Counted from the stretch's first letter, positions 1 through 9,598 are shown. The stretch is DNA of 64,000 bases from an uncultured delta proteobacterium (GCA_963737905.1 CAVTUQ010000030.1:1-64000); one strand, 5' to 3'. Notes: generated by a model not told the origin, from the letters alone. Numbers and translations: made by a program.

Positions 1-213
1 TCCCACCACGACCAACACGATCCCGCCTACAAGCACCAATCCGCCCAAGAGAGGTGAAAGCGGGATGGTCTTCTTGGTATCAACGGTGGCCTGAAGGGGG
101 CCAACGTCCATAACTTTCTCGCGGCTTGTGTAGGTGATCCCCTGGTAAGCGAAAGCCACGATCCCGAGAAGGATGAGAGCGATCCCAACAAGCGTTATCG
201 ATTTGATACCCAT
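1..213 (-). CDS. DUF3185-like small membrane protein (runs off window start)
   Basis: Manual translation MGIKSITLVGIALILLGIVAFAYQGITYTSREKVMDVGPLQATVDTKKTIPLSPLLGGLVLVGGIVLVVVG; GGAAGGAG RBS; not in ORF track. Confidence 0.8.
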   Translation of the reverse strand, partial: MGIKSITLVGIALILLGIVAFAYQGITYTSREKVMDVGPLQATVDTKKTIPLSPLLGGLVLVGGIVLVVVG

Positions 214-242
214 AAAACTCCTTCCTTTGAAAAGCGCAACGG

Positions 243-392
243 CTACCAGGGTCTCCGTCCCTGAACGAGGTTGACCACGAGAACTATCAGGGCAATCACC
301 AATAGTATGTGGACAAACCCACCCATCGTGTAAGAGGTGACCAATCCCAGTACCCACAGAATCAAAAGAATCACAAAGATCGTCCAAAGCAT
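243..392 (-). CDS. lmo0937-family small membrane protein (49 aa)
   Basis: MLWTIFVILLILWVLGLVTSYTMGGFVHILLVIALIVLVVNLVQGRRPW; AGGAG RBS. Confidence 0.85.
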   Translation of the reverse strand: MLWTIFVILLILWVLGLVTSYTMGGFVHILLVIALIVLVVNLVQGRRPW

Positions 393-434
393 GTTTCAAC
401 TCCTTTTTATAGAGAACCCACCCTGTCGGATTTC

Positions 435-724
435 CTATCCCCCCAATGTTTCTCGCCTTTCTTCCTGGTAGGCCTGCTCTCCGGCTTCCGTACCGCGTCG
501 CATTGATGGCCCATAAACTTTCTTCCTTTTTCGACCACCGCTTCGGCACTCTCGCGTAGCTTTCCCGCATGCTGATTCAGCTAATCGAGGGGCTCACTAC
601 TGCGTTCCCGCGGTAATTCCCGCGTTTCTTTACGCGCGACCAGCGCGAACATCAGCGCACCGATGGCCCCTAGACCCAGACCGATAAGCAAGTAGGAGAA
701 TTTGGATTCACCATTGGTTTTCAT
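435..724 (-). pseudogene. YtxH-like general stress protein, disrupted
   Basis: MKTNGESKFSYLLIGLGLGAIGALMFALVARKETRE...; in-frame TAG at 581-583, then a frameshift before the tail EAGEQAYQEERRETLGG*. Confidence 0.65.
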
Positions 725-771
725 ACGTCTACCCTCTCTTTTTATTACGCTCACTCTGGTGCAGTCTCGCT

Positions 772-1083
772 CTAATGCTTGATGACTTGCAGGTTATTGA
801 CTACCTGTTTGACGCCTTTCACTTCAGACGCAAGAGATCCACTGGGGGACTTCTGCTCGGCGGTCTCCACTTCGCCGGTGAGATAAACGATTCCGTTGTT
901 TGTCTCGACTCCGACGCGTGTCAGACTGACAATCTTGTCTTCGGCGAGCTTGCTCTTCACGTATGACGTAAGAGTGCCATCATCGATGTTCTGTCCCATG
1001 GTCGCACCGGTCAAGGCTTGGCAGCCGGTCATCAAGAACAGAACTACTAACGTAACAACCAACGTTTTGAATGCACGAACCAT
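772..1083 (-). CDS. BON-domain (OsmY-like) lipoprotein
   Basis: Lipobox MTGC; IDDGTLTSYVKSKL...VETNNGIVYLTGEV...GVKQVVNNL; GGAGG RBS before ATG at 1083. Confidence 0.9.
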   Translation of the reverse strand: MVRAFKTLVVTLVVLFLMTGCQALTGATMGQNIDDGTLTSYVKSKLAEDKIVSLTRVGVETNNGIVYLTGEVETAEQKSPSGSLASEVKGVKQVVNNLQVIKH

Positions 1084-1124
1084 AAACGCCTCCATACTGT
1101 TTGTTAGAGATCTCTTTCCTCTTC

Positions 1125-1811
1125 TCATCCCTGGCTTACGCCCGATTTTCTCAACGCGTCGATTCTATCTTTGGTTGCCGGGTGCGTAGACAAGAAACCG
1201 CCCCCACTGTCTCCCCCTGAGCTCTGTAGCAGCCACGTCAGCGTGTCAATCATGACCTCCTTGGAATAACCAGCCCGACGCAAGATCTCGACACCGTGAC
1301 GGTCCGCTTCGATCTCCTCTGAGCGGCTGTAGCTATTTGCAATGAGCGCGCCAGCGATCGGGGTAACCGCGCTGCTGCCCGGTATGAACTGTTCGAGCAG
1401 AATCACGCCGATGTTGAGACCTATACCCAAGGTCTGTGCTCGGGCCACATGCCCAAGGTCATCGTGAGCAATCTCGTGCGCCAGTACCCCCCTTAAGTGC
1501 TCATCGTTGGCCTTTTGAAGAAGGCCGGTCGTCACTTGAAACTCGCCGCCTCCCGCATTGGCGGCGTTGATGGTTGGATCGTCAATAACGCGGACTCGTA
1601 TCTCGTTTAAGCGGCGCGGGTTATTCATCGCACGAATCAGCGGCATCATGATTCGCCGTAATCGCTCCGTCTGCTGCGCATCCAGCGGGCGGCTGGTCGG
1701 AGAGCGTGCTGTTTCCTGTGGGGCGGGCAGGCGCGGTGAAGCGGTCTCCAGCGCGCAGCCGCTTGGCAATCCAACGAGGATCAAAATTGCTGTAGTCCGA
1801 AGGAATCTCAT
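1125..1811 (-). CDS. M48-family zinc metallopeptidase lipoprotein
   Basis: HEIAH motif, INAAN, YSRSEEIEAD, FLSTHP; lipobox PSGC. Confidence 0.9.
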   Translation of the reverse strand: MRFLRTTAILILVGLPSGCALETASPRLPAPQETARSPTSRPLDAQQTERLRRIMMPLIRAMNNPRRLNEIRVRVIDDPTINAANAGGGEFQVTTGLLQKANDEHLRGVLAHEIAHDDLGHVARAQTLGIGLNIGVILLEQFIPGSSAVTPIAGALIANSYSRSEEIEADRHGVEILRRAGYSKEVMIDTLTWLLQSSGGDSGGGFLSTHPATKDRIDALRKSGVSQG

Positions 1812-2015
1812 CGCTTCTCCGTCATCAGCCAACCAACGCCGATGGTAAATCTGTGAACTCTGACGTAATCGGCCTAAAGACGTTTAATGATACCGCTGAC
1901 GAGTTAGAGAAAACTGTCTAATAAGAGACCAATTAGAAAAGAAATGTCATGAGGCCAGAACCTGCGAAGGGGGCTCTTCCACCGATATCTTGGCCATATT
2001 TAGTTAGCATCGGCA

Positions 2016-2166
2016 CTACAATTTCTTCTTCACGGCGTCCGCCGCGTCCTGAGTCTTTTCGCCCGCCCGCTCAACGTCTTGCCCGAAACCGTGAACCGTG
2101 TTGCAAGCCACGTTCGTTCCCACGAGGACCAAACATCAATAGTGTTCCGAAGATTATTGGGCGCAT
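2016..2166 (-). pseudogene. Entericidin A/B-family lipoprotein, frameshifted
   Basis: MRPIIFGTLLMF, then a frame change to VLVGTNVACNTVHGFGQDVERAGEKTQDAADAVKKKL*; CNTxxGxGxD motif; span 151 nt; AGGAG RBS. Confidence 0.8.
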
Positions 2167-2211
2167 ATTTGTATCTCCTGTTTTCGGATTTTATTTTCTA
2201 AGTTTTGTAGA

Positions 2212-2226
2212 GCACTATCTGTGCCA
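2212..2226 (-). promoter_or_regulatory. sigma54 -24/-12 promoter for the entericidin-M48-BON cluster
   Basis: TGGCACAGATAGTGC (GG-N10-GC) about 45 nt upstream of the entericidin ATG. Confidence 0.7.
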
Positions 2227-2462
2227 GACCTTGCGATGAGGGAAAGGTTGTGTTTCCGATAGCTTCTTGAGGCTGTCAGAGTGAAATGAAGAGATGGCGC
2301 GTTAAAAGCGGCGAATCTCTCGACCAAAAGGTCGGCGGCTTAGATTCCTGAAGGTGGAACCGACTAATTTATTGCACCCATGAACCCACTTGAATTTAGG
2401 CTCTCGCGCTGCAAACTATCTTAAACAAAATCTAAAACTATCCCTTTTTCGGGTTTCCATAC

Positions 2463-2478
2463 TGGTCACACGCTTTGC
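2463..2478 (+). promoter_or_regulatory. sigma54-like promoter with one extra base
   Basis: TGGtCACACGCTTTGC is GG-N11-GC; removing one T gives the consensus; 27 nt upstream of ATG 2506. Confidence 0.4.
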
Positions 2479-2505
2479 CATTAAAGATTATCGTGGGAGG
2501 TAGTT

Positions 2506-2604
2506 ATGGTAAACGAAACTGAACTGTTCTACCTAGTGATCATGCTCTTGCTCACGCTGATCATACATCTCATTTTGAATACGAGGGATCCGCGGCGCCG
2601 TTGA
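2506..2604 (+). CDS. Small single-TM protein (32 aa)
   Basis: MVNETELFYLVIMLLLTLIIHLILNTRDPRRR; strong GGGAGGT RBS; positively charged tail. Confidence 0.55.
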   Translation: MVNETELFYLVIMLLLTLIIHLILNTRDPRRR

Positions 2605-2718
2605 GTTGACAACGGAAACAGAGCGGGTGCGATGGGAAACAGGTCCGGCCACCAGCGATGGTTGCCGTTGCAAAATTCTACGTGCGCAACGACTGTATGC
2701 AAACTCAAGGAGTAGGCT

Positions 2719-2889
2719 ATGCCCACTTATGAATTTCAATGTGAGAAATGCCGGAAGCGATTCGAACTCGCCTGTACCATCACGGAATATGAGCGGAAGG
2801 AAAAAAACATTAAGTGCCCAAAATGCGGCAGCACCAGGGTCAGGCGCCAAATTTCTGCCTTTGAAGTGAAAACGTCGAAGAAAAGCTGA
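2719..2889 (+). CDS. FmdB-family zinc ribbon protein (56 aa)
   Basis: MPTYEFQCEKC...F...CPKCGS; AAGGAG RBS. Confidence 0.9.
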   Translation: MPTYEFQCEKCRKRFELACTITEYERKEKNIKCPKCGSTRVRRQISAFEVKTSKKS

Positions 2890-2992
2890 CGTAGGCAGAA
2901 ATCCTTTCGAAGTCTAAACTCATAATTGCCCGGTTTTTCGACGAAGCATGGTAGTGGCTGCCCCAGGGATGCTAGCCTGCGCCGTTGTCGAT

Positions 2993-3390
2993 CTATAGCT
3001 CCGTGCCGCCCGTAATCAGGACTAATACACGATCAACACTTACCCGGTCTTCATCTAACAAGGCACGGTCGATGGCGATCTGACAGATGCCGAAGCGATC
3101 AATCCAGCTTACCAGCAGTAGATCACCATCGATATCGTAAAGTTCAAGATAATCCAGGTCCATTTTGGTTTGCGGATCGTCGTAGAAAACGATGATACCG
3201 CTACCTCCGGCTTCTTCATGTACTTTGGCATAGTCGGTTATCACTAATTGGCCCTTGTCTGGCGTCCATATGGCAAAAGAACATTCTCATGACGCAAATT
3301 CTCGCTGATGCGCATGGGCTCGCTTCGCGCCTCATTGTAGAGAAGCAATAACCCGGCAATCATAAACACGGGACAAAGAATTCTTCTCAT
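2993..3390 (-). pseudogene. Secreted hypothetical protein, frameshifted near 3270
   Basis: Signal peptide MRRILCPVFMIAGLLLLYNEARS; the first frame ends near 3245 and the protein continues in the 2993..3244 frame. Confidence 0.5.
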
Positions 3391-3417
3391 TTTTACGTCC
3401 CTCTATGCCCAAAATAG

Positions 3418-3432
3418 GCAAAGGACATGCCC
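3418..3432 (-). promoter_or_regulatory. sigma54 -24/-12 promoter
   Basis: GGGCATGTCCTTTGC (GG-N10-GC) 27 nt upstream of ATG 3390. Confidence 0.6.
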
Positions 3433-3624
3433 AAAGTAGATTTTAGCGCCGCGGACGTCGCGTGCTCGGGAACGCTTGAGATTTCAATCGCTAAGCTCGC
3501 AGCGAAAACGTGGTTCCTAAAGCTATCGCCTCGGGATTATCACGAATAGAAAAAATCCACGATTTTTCTTCTCAAAGATGCAAAAGAATAAGTGCTATCT
3601 CTTGCAATTGTGCGCGGAATATAT

Positions 3625-3639
3625 CGGCACATCTTTTGC
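3625..3639 (+). promoter_or_regulatory. sigma54 -24/-12 promoter
   Basis: CGGCACATCTTTTGC (GG-N10-GC) upstream of the nucleotidyltransferase. Confidence 0.7.
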
Positions 3640-3709
3640 GGATTTACATATAGAAATTTTTCTCTAGTCGTACGGCCTGACGGCGCTCAATCGACAAGGA
3701 GATAAACCC

Positions 3710-4669
3710 GTGATCGATATCACTGGTCTTGATAGATCTCTTCTTTGGGGACTCGTTTTGGCCGGAGGCGACGGCAAACGTTTACAAAACTATGTTCAGC
3801 AGCCCAAAGGGGAACAGTTACCAAAACAGTTTGTCAATTTCATCGGCCAACGTTCCATGCTCAAACACACGTTTCAGCGAGCAGAGAAGCTGATCCCTTC
3901 AAAGCAAATACTCACCATCGTCAGCAAGCAGCATCTCGCATATTTGGAAGTGCGCCGCCAACTTAACCGCCGTCCGGTAGAGACGGTCATCGTCCAGCCC
4001 ATGAACAAAGATACCGGTCCGGGGATACTTTTGCCCCTGATGTTTCTTTATAAGCGAAACCCCGAGGCAATCGTTGTGCTTTTTCCATCGGATCACTTCA
4101 TCCTTGAAGAAGAACGCTTCATAAAATATGTCTATCGTGCCGCCCAAGCAGTCAGCCATGACCCCACGCGTATGGTTCTTCTAGCGATCGAGGCCCATGA
4201 GCCGGAAACCGAGTACGGGTACGTTATGCCAACGCAAGACATGCGCAGACTCTGCCACTTCGGCACCAAATCGGTCTCGGCATTTATTGAAAAGCCGGAG
4301 CGGGACCTCGCCTTGCAACTCATGACGGCAGGCGGGCTATGGAATAGCATGACCATGGTCTTCAAACTCGATACGCTTTTGGAGCTGGTGCGAAAGGTGC
4401 ACCCCACTATCTATCTCAAGTTCTGTCGTATCCTTGAAGTTATTGGAACCACCGGCGAACAGCGAAGCATCAACGACCTGTACGAAGTGTTAGAACCGGT
4501 AAACTTTTCAAAAGCGATTATGGAGAAGATTGCTGAACGCTATCCCCAATCCGTATCAGTGCTTCCCGTCTCCGGGGTACTTTGGAGCGACTGGGGCTCC
4601 CAAGAGCGGGTCTTACAGGTACTTAGAAAACTGGGGGAGCGGCGTGGCGACGAGGCTCAAACAAACTGA
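3710..4669 (+). CDS. Sugar-phosphate nucleotidyltransferase (mannose-1-phosphate guanylyltransferase-like)
   Basis: LAGGDGKRL, PKQF, PSDH, YGY, FIEKP, WNS, WSDWG motifs; AAGGAG RBS. Confidence 0.9.
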   Translation: MIDITGLDRSLLWGLVLAGGDGKRLQNYVQQPKGEQLPKQFVNFIGQRSMLKHTFQRAEKLIPSKQILTIVSKQHLAYLEVRRQLNRRPVETVIVQPMNKDTGPGILLPLMFLYKRNPEAIVVLFPSDHFILEEERFIKYVYRAAQAVSHDPTRMVLLAIEAHEPETEYGYVMPTQDMRRLCHFGTKSVSAFIEKPERDLALQLMTAGGLWNSMTMVFKLDTLLELVRKVHPTIYLKFCRILEVIGTTGEQRSINDLYEVLEPVNFSKAIMEKIAERYPQSVSVLPVSGVLWSDWGSQERVLQVLRKLGERRGDEAQTN

Positions 4670-4853
4670 GAGCTAATGCATCATGAACAGAATGAACGAG
4701 AACCTCAAAAACAAGGTTACGTGCGGAGCGCCCTTACTTCGTCCAGCGCGGAACCAATCCCCAGAGCTTTATTTATCCCGCTAGGAAGAACCATTAGGGC
4801 CCCGCGATTGAAAACCTCAGCTGCGCATGGATTAAGTCCGACACTTAACCGAT

Positions 4854-5339
4854 TTAAGCTGCCTCCCTTTTGCCCGTTTGTACGAGGCTAGCAATCTGCG
4901 GCTCAATCAGTCGCGCGAAGTCCTTGTAAGATAACCGCACCGTTTGTACATGATTGCCGGCGTTGAAGTAGATGTGTTCGTCTTTCTCCAGCGCTGGGTC
5001 GACGAACACAGGCAGTCCAAACAAATTACCAAACGGCGGCATGGCTCCGATCTCGCATTCAGGGAACCGGGAGATGAATTCGGCCTCCGTCGCTAGCTTC
5101 ACCGCTTTGGCGCCGAGACTCGCTTTGGCCGTATTCAAGTTGATCCTCTGACTCCCCGGGATTACTCCCATGACCAAACGACCATCTACGTCGAGCACAA
5201 CGACCTTGGCCATCTCTTTGCCGGAGAAATGCTGTTGCGCAGCAATCTCCTGGGCCGTATAGGCCAACAGATGATTGTAAACCTCGTAAGAAACCCTCGC
5301 TTCATCAAGCAGTTCTTTGAGCCTTCTCAAAATCGGCAT
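4854..5339 (-). CDS. YbaK/EbsC-family aminoacyl-tRNA deacylase
   Basis: AYTAQEIA, MAKVV, CEIGAMPPFG, FNAGNH. Confidence 0.9.
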   Translation of the reverse strand: MPILRRLKELLDEARVSYEVYNHLLAYTAQEIAAQQHFSGKEMAKVVVLDVDGRLVMGVIPGSQRINLNTAKASLGAKAVKLATEAEFISRFPECEIGAMPPFGNLFGLPVFVDPALEKDEHIYFNAGNHVQTVRLSYKDFARLIEPQIASLVQTGKREAA

Positions 5340-5393
5340 ATATACCTCCTTGCCTTATGCGTGAACCATGATTTCAGTCGGATAATTTGATGT

Positions 5394-5409
5394 ACAAGAA
5401 TCATGCCGA
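5394..5409 (-). promoter_or_regulatory. sigma54-like promoter (GG-N10-GT variant)
   Basis: TCGGCATGATTCTTGT about 55 nt upstream of the YbaK ATG. Confidence 0.45.
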
Positions 5410-5587
5410 TGTTTTGTGACCCGAAATGCAGTCCATTTCCGGCATTTCGTCAAAGCTATTGTGAGACGGACAAAAGATCATTCCTCAGCCTTGCGAATCT
5501 TGTCGGCGCTGGCTTCTCACAGTTGAGAAGAGAAAAATTGCACTCGGATAGCCCACGCCGGCGTCTTTGAACCGCACAATCATCTAG

Positions 5588-5602
5588 GCAAGCAAGGTGC
5601 CA
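5588..5602 (-). promoter_or_regulatory. sigma54 -24/-12 promoter
   Basis: TGGCACCTTGCTTGC, consensus match. Confidence 0.7.
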
Positions 5603-5760
5603 CCATCTCTCGTTGTTTTGTCGCCGCGCGGAACGAGGTTATTTTGCATCATTGGGAAAAAGATTCTGCTTCGAGTTGCAGAAATAAGAGAGCCGTACCG
5701 GTGGTTCGCAAGAGAGCCGCTAGAAGCGGTTTAGTCTTGGTACTTTTTTCTGAGCGGCGG

Positions 5761-5775
5761 TGGCACTGTTCTTGC
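5761..5775 (+). promoter_or_regulatory. sigma54 -24/-12 promoter for Hsp20-DksA
   Basis: TGGCACTGTTCTTGC, consensus match 35 nt upstream of ATG 5811. Confidence 0.75.
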
Positions 5776-5810
5776 GCTCGAAGTTTAATGAAAGCTTGTG
5801 GGTTTATCTG

Positions 5811-6230
5811 ATGCCTAACGAAAAAAACTTCTTCTCCTTTCCCCTTCGACTCTCCACCGAGGTCCAGTGGCTATTCGATGAAATGATCCACCGTCCGTGG
5901 GACTGCAACCGTCAACTGCGTACCTGGAGCCCTTCGATAGATTTCTATGAGACCTTGGACGCGTTCGTCCTTGAAGCCGACCTCCCCGGAGTTAAGGCCG
6001 AAGACGTTCATGTCAAGGTCGACGGAAATGATCTCGTGGTTCAGGGATGCCGCGTGGTGGAGCTCAGCCGCAGTGACGGCCGGTTTCACACCATGGAACG
6101 TTGCGCCGGTGAATTTATGCGTCGAATAGGCCTTCCAGAGTCCGTGGATGAAGAAGGCATACATGTGCAGTTTAATGACGGTGTGCTGAAATTGGTCATT
6201 CCGAAAGTAAAGACGCTAATAGAGGCCTAA
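5811..6230 (+). CDS. Hsp20/alpha-crystallin small heat shock protein
   Basis: WSPSIDFYE, ADLPGV, ERxxGEFxRxIxLP, DGVLKLVIPK; start moved from GTG 5760, which lies in the promoter. Confidence 0.92.
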   Translation: MPNEKNFFSFPLRLSTEVQWLFDEMIHRPWDCNRQLRTWSPSIDFYETLDAFVLEADLPGVKAEDVHVKVDGNDLVVQGCRVVELSRSDGRFHTMERCAGEFMRRIGLPESVDEEGIHVQFNDGVLKLVIPKVKTLIEA

Positions 6231-6278
6231 AGCCCTCAGGCGACCGCCCCTGGCTACGTGGCGGGAAGGAGCAAAACC

Positions 6279-6629
6279 ATGGATACGAATGAAGGGATCA
6301 CATACTGGGATAAACTCCGGCTACGCGCACTCGAGGTCGAACGAACGATAAAGCATCTTGAAAAAGAGCGGCAGGAAGTCGAAGAAAACACCGAGTGGGC
6401 CGACAGAGCTGCATATGAAAGCAGGGCTAGCCTCCTTGACGGCCTAATCACGTTGTACCGCAACGAAATGGAAAAGATCGAGGATGCTCATAGCCGAGTC
6501 GAGGAGCGCAGCTACGGTCTCTGCCTAGCGTGCCATGAACCCATCGATGCCGATCGATTAGAGATCTACCCTGCGGCGCAATTCTGCATTGACTGCCAAG
6601 ACTATCGTGAAAGGCTGAGAACGGGTTGA
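6279..6629 (+). CDS. TraR/DksA C4 zinc-finger protein
   Basis: Coiled coil with EWADRA tip; SYGLCLAC...RLEIYPAAQFCIDC; AAGGAG RBS. Confidence 0.88.
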   Translation: MDTNEGITYWDKLRLRALEVERTIKHLEKERQEVEENTEWADRAAYESRASLLDGLITLYRNEMEKIEDAHSRVEERSYGLCLACHEPIDADRLEIYPAAQFCIDCQDYRERLRTG

Positions 6630-6672
6630 GTGCCTCTGTGCTGTTCTGGCCGCACGAAGCGGCGCTCCAACA

Positions 6673-8271
6673 CTACTTTTGCGCTTGCCCAAGTCGCACC
6701 CGCAGAAACTTTTCACTAGCCCGTGCGAGCTCCTCCCGCGATAGCTCCGTATTCAATTTGAGGCAGATTTGCTGAAGGCAATCTCATCGACGGGTTCGTA
6801 CGCGGTCTTCTGCTTCAAATATATCTCCCACCGACCGTCGGAGACATCCTTCCCTTCAGCTTCTCTTCGAGCCAGTCGTTTCTTCGTCGTCTCGTCAGAG
6901 GCAACGCAATGAATTAATAACAAGGGAATCCCGTGCTTCTCTGCCAACCGAACGATCTTCTCTCGATGCGCTTTTTGGCCGAAGGTGGCGTCGAGAATAG
7001 CGCCCTCGCCTTCCAGAATTTGTTTCTCCGCCTCACGTGCGATCTTTGCATAGGTTTTTTCCGTCATATCGGGACTGTAGATGTCCTCATTAAATGGAAC
7101 AGCCTGAGGGCCGTGCCTCCCGGCGATCGCTTTGCGTACCGTGTCCGAGTTGATCACCGGCATTCCGAGACGCTCCCCTAGCTCTCGCGCCAACGTGGAT
7201 TTGCCGCTGCCGGTCAAACCGCAGACAATCAAAAGAAAAGGCTTCAAGGATAACCAAGTGAACCGCGAGGCATAATGAAAATAACGCGGCGCATTGCTAT
7301 TAGGTCCGCCGGAACGAAGCGCTTCGACCTTTCCGCGCACGAGCGCGCGGTAGCATTGATAGTACGGCAGCAACACGGGCAAATCGGGATCATGCAGCAG
7401 CTCGAGATAACGAGTCAAAAAAGGCCGCACCATGGCTCCACCGCCGCGAACTTCCAAATCCATCAAGAGGAAGGCGATTTCTGAGGCGAGATCGCAGCAA
7501 CGCAACTGCTGGCTGAATTCGATACAGTCGAAGATTTGAATGCCTTCCGGCGCAAAGCATATATGCTCGCAATGCAGGTCGCCATGCACATCGCGAATCC
7601 ACCCTTCGTTGAAACGTCGCATGAACAAATCGTGATGCCCATCAATGAACTGAGCGCCGAATTTCTGCAGCGCTGCAAGGGCATCCCCGTCAATAAAGGT
7701 TCCAGAAAACGGCTGGAGCTCGCCGAGGTTTTCCTCCCACTCTTTTTGAATACTCGACGGATACTGAAAAGCCGCGCCTCTTTTGACCTGCTCCGCACCG
7801 GCATGGAACGGCGCCAGAACTTCCGCCACGGCGCGCATCATCTCCGGCGTCAACTGGCCAGAATCGAGCAGAAACGGCAACATGCGCCGCTCGGGCAATC
7901 GTCGCATGACGAGCGTATATTCCACCGGTTCGCTCAATCCGCCGAGCCGCCAACCGGTTGAATCGAAACTGATGGGCATGACCGCTAAATAAACCGACGG
8001 TGCCAATCTTCGATTGAGATGCAATTCTTCGTTGAGGAAATGGCGCCGCTTGCCCAAGGTTGAATAGTCGAGAAACGAAAAACGGACCGCTTTCTTTACC
8101 TTATAGACAAGATCGTCGAGTTAAAAATACATGCGAAATATGAGTCTCTTTGTGTGCGACTTTCGACGGTCGCTTCGGGTAAAAACCCGGCTCCAGCATT
8201 GCCGAAACAAGTTCGGACTGTGAGCCCCCACCGGGTTTCTTTTTGACACTAGTTTGCATTTCCTCACGCAT
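6673..8271 (-). pseudogene. Bifunctional aminoglycoside-phosphotransferase-like / AAA_33 kinase (Rv2004c-like), with two apparent frameshifts
   Basis: N-terminal ETHISHVFL, shift near 8118 into VYKVKK...FLDYSTL; HGDLH, FDCIEF, GLTGSGKS; shift near 6770 into CLKLNTELSREELARASEKFL. Confidence 0.8.
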
Positions 8272-8353
8272 GGCTCCTCACCCACCAGAAGTCTCTCACA
8301 ACTCAGGCTCGGGAAAAAAGAGATGCGAGAAACGGAAATAAATTTTAGAAACA

Positions 8354-8396
8354 AGCCGTTCGATCTCGCCGAATCGCATCAGAGGATCGAACGGCT
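8354..8396. terminator. Hairpin downstream of the ferritin-like gene
   Basis: 12-bp perfect inverted repeat AGCCGTTCGATC / GATCGAACGGCT. Confidence 0.5.
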
Positions 8397-8405
8397 CCGG
8401 GGTGC

Positions 8406-8921
8406 TCATGCTGCTTTTAGATTCTCCTTGAGGAATTCGAGTAGCTCTATGTGCTTTTCCGAATCTCTTATCATCGAGTCCAAAAGAATTTTAAAAACGC
8501 CATGGTAGTATCCGCTGCTCTCCTTTACAAGCGTCTTGCATTCCCGGATGCCTTCCTTTTCAAGCTGGATGAATGCATCGGTGTTGGCCCGAAGCTGGCT
8601 GTTCGTCTCGGCGAGATTGGCCGCGCCTTCAAGGCTTCCTTCCGGTTTATTCCACATGAGGCTACCTCTCAAGGTCGCAATCATCGCGTGAATGACCGCG
8701 CGATGCTTTTCCTCGTCCGAAATAATGAGCTGCAAGAGAAACCTCGTGATGGGGTTCGGCATCTCGGTCAACAGCCTCCGATACTGCTCCAGGGACTTCT
8801 CTTCTTTCGCCTCATGGCTCTCGAACTCATTGAGCAAACGCTCGACAGGAGATATTTCCGGCGACCCCCTCGGATCTATTTTGGACGCGAACAGTGCCGC
8901 CATATCAGAAATTTCTTCCAT
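8406..8921 (-). CDS. Ferritin-like (rubrerythrin-type) four-helix protein
   Basis: Duplicated helix pairs with DEEKH and DSEKH motifs; AGGAGGAG RBS before ATG 8921. Confidence 0.7.
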   Translation of the reverse strand: MEEISDMAALFASKIDPRGSPEISPVERLLNEFESHEAKEEKSLEQYRRLLTEMPNPITRFLLQLIISDEEKHRAVIHAMIATLRGSLMWNKPEGSLEGAANLAETNSQLRANTDAFIQLEKEGIRECKTLVKESSGYYHGVFKILLDSMIRDSEKHIELLEFLKENLKAA

Positions 8922-8973
8922 AGACTCCTCCTTTTTCCCTTTCCGGTTCCGTCCGTCTTGGACGGCTCGCACT

Positions 8974-9546
8974 CTAAGTACTTCTGACGGTTGGTGTCTC
9001 ATGAAATACACGGCCCGGCTTCCACGGCGTTCCAACCGCGGGCAGCAGCCAACGATCCAGCCCGATCCAGCCGGCGTTGCGCCACGCAAGCGTCAGCCAC
9101 GTTGCGATCGCAAATAACAGGGCGTTCGTTGAAGCCGATCCTGCCATGATGAAACTCCAGTTCATGAGTCCGCCAGAAAAAGCCGCTAGTCCCGTGAATG
9201 CGCCGAGAATCAGTCCCAACGCCACCAACAGCTCACCAAAAACAATGATTTTTGAAAACCAGGTATGGGCCTCTGTATTAATCAAGAACTCGATAAAAGA
9301 ACGATACCAATCGAAAGCGATCACCGGCTTCGGGATCATCTTCACGCCCCTTTTCCAATACTCCAACAGGGCTTCGCCGGTTCCCATCCACTTCGGATCA
9401 ATAAATTTATGCCAGCCTGCCTCAAACCAAGCCCAGCCCAAATAAAGGCGAAGCGGCAACCAAAGCCAACCGAACCGCGTATCTGCGAAAACAAGTCGTG
9501 CCAGTCGTGGTTCCTCTATCACTACTCGTTCTTCATTCCTTTTCAT
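8974..9546 (-). CDS. DoxX/DoxD-family membrane protein
   Basis: LRLYLGWAWFEAGWHK, WYRSF, GELLVALGLILG, AGSASTN, AGWIGLDRW; GAGGGG RBS. Confidence 0.88.
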   Translation of the reverse strand: MKRNEERVVIEEPRLARLVFADTRFGWLWLPLRLYLGWAWFEAGWHKFIDPKWMGTGEALLEYWKRGVKMIPKPVIAFDWYRSFIEFLINTEAHTWFSKIIVFGELLVALGLILGAFTGLAAFSGGLMNWSFIMAGSASTNALLFAIATWLTLAWRNAGWIGLDRWLLPAVGTPWKPGRVFHETPTVRST

Positions 9547-9598
9547 TGATCCCCTCTTTTTCTTGAACACAGATTTGCTACCCTGAAGGAGGGTTTGC

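Noticed and set aside
581-583. Pyrrolysine or stop-codon readthrough at the in-frame TAG of ytxH
   Set aside because: The same gene also has a frameshift, many genes here end in TAG, and no pyl genes are seen
1949-2239. 96-aa plus-strand ORF
   Set aside because: Antisense to the recognisable entericidin gene
8922-9089. N-terminal extension of the ferritin-like ORF
   Set aside because: Overlaps doxX; a strong SD precedes ATG 8921
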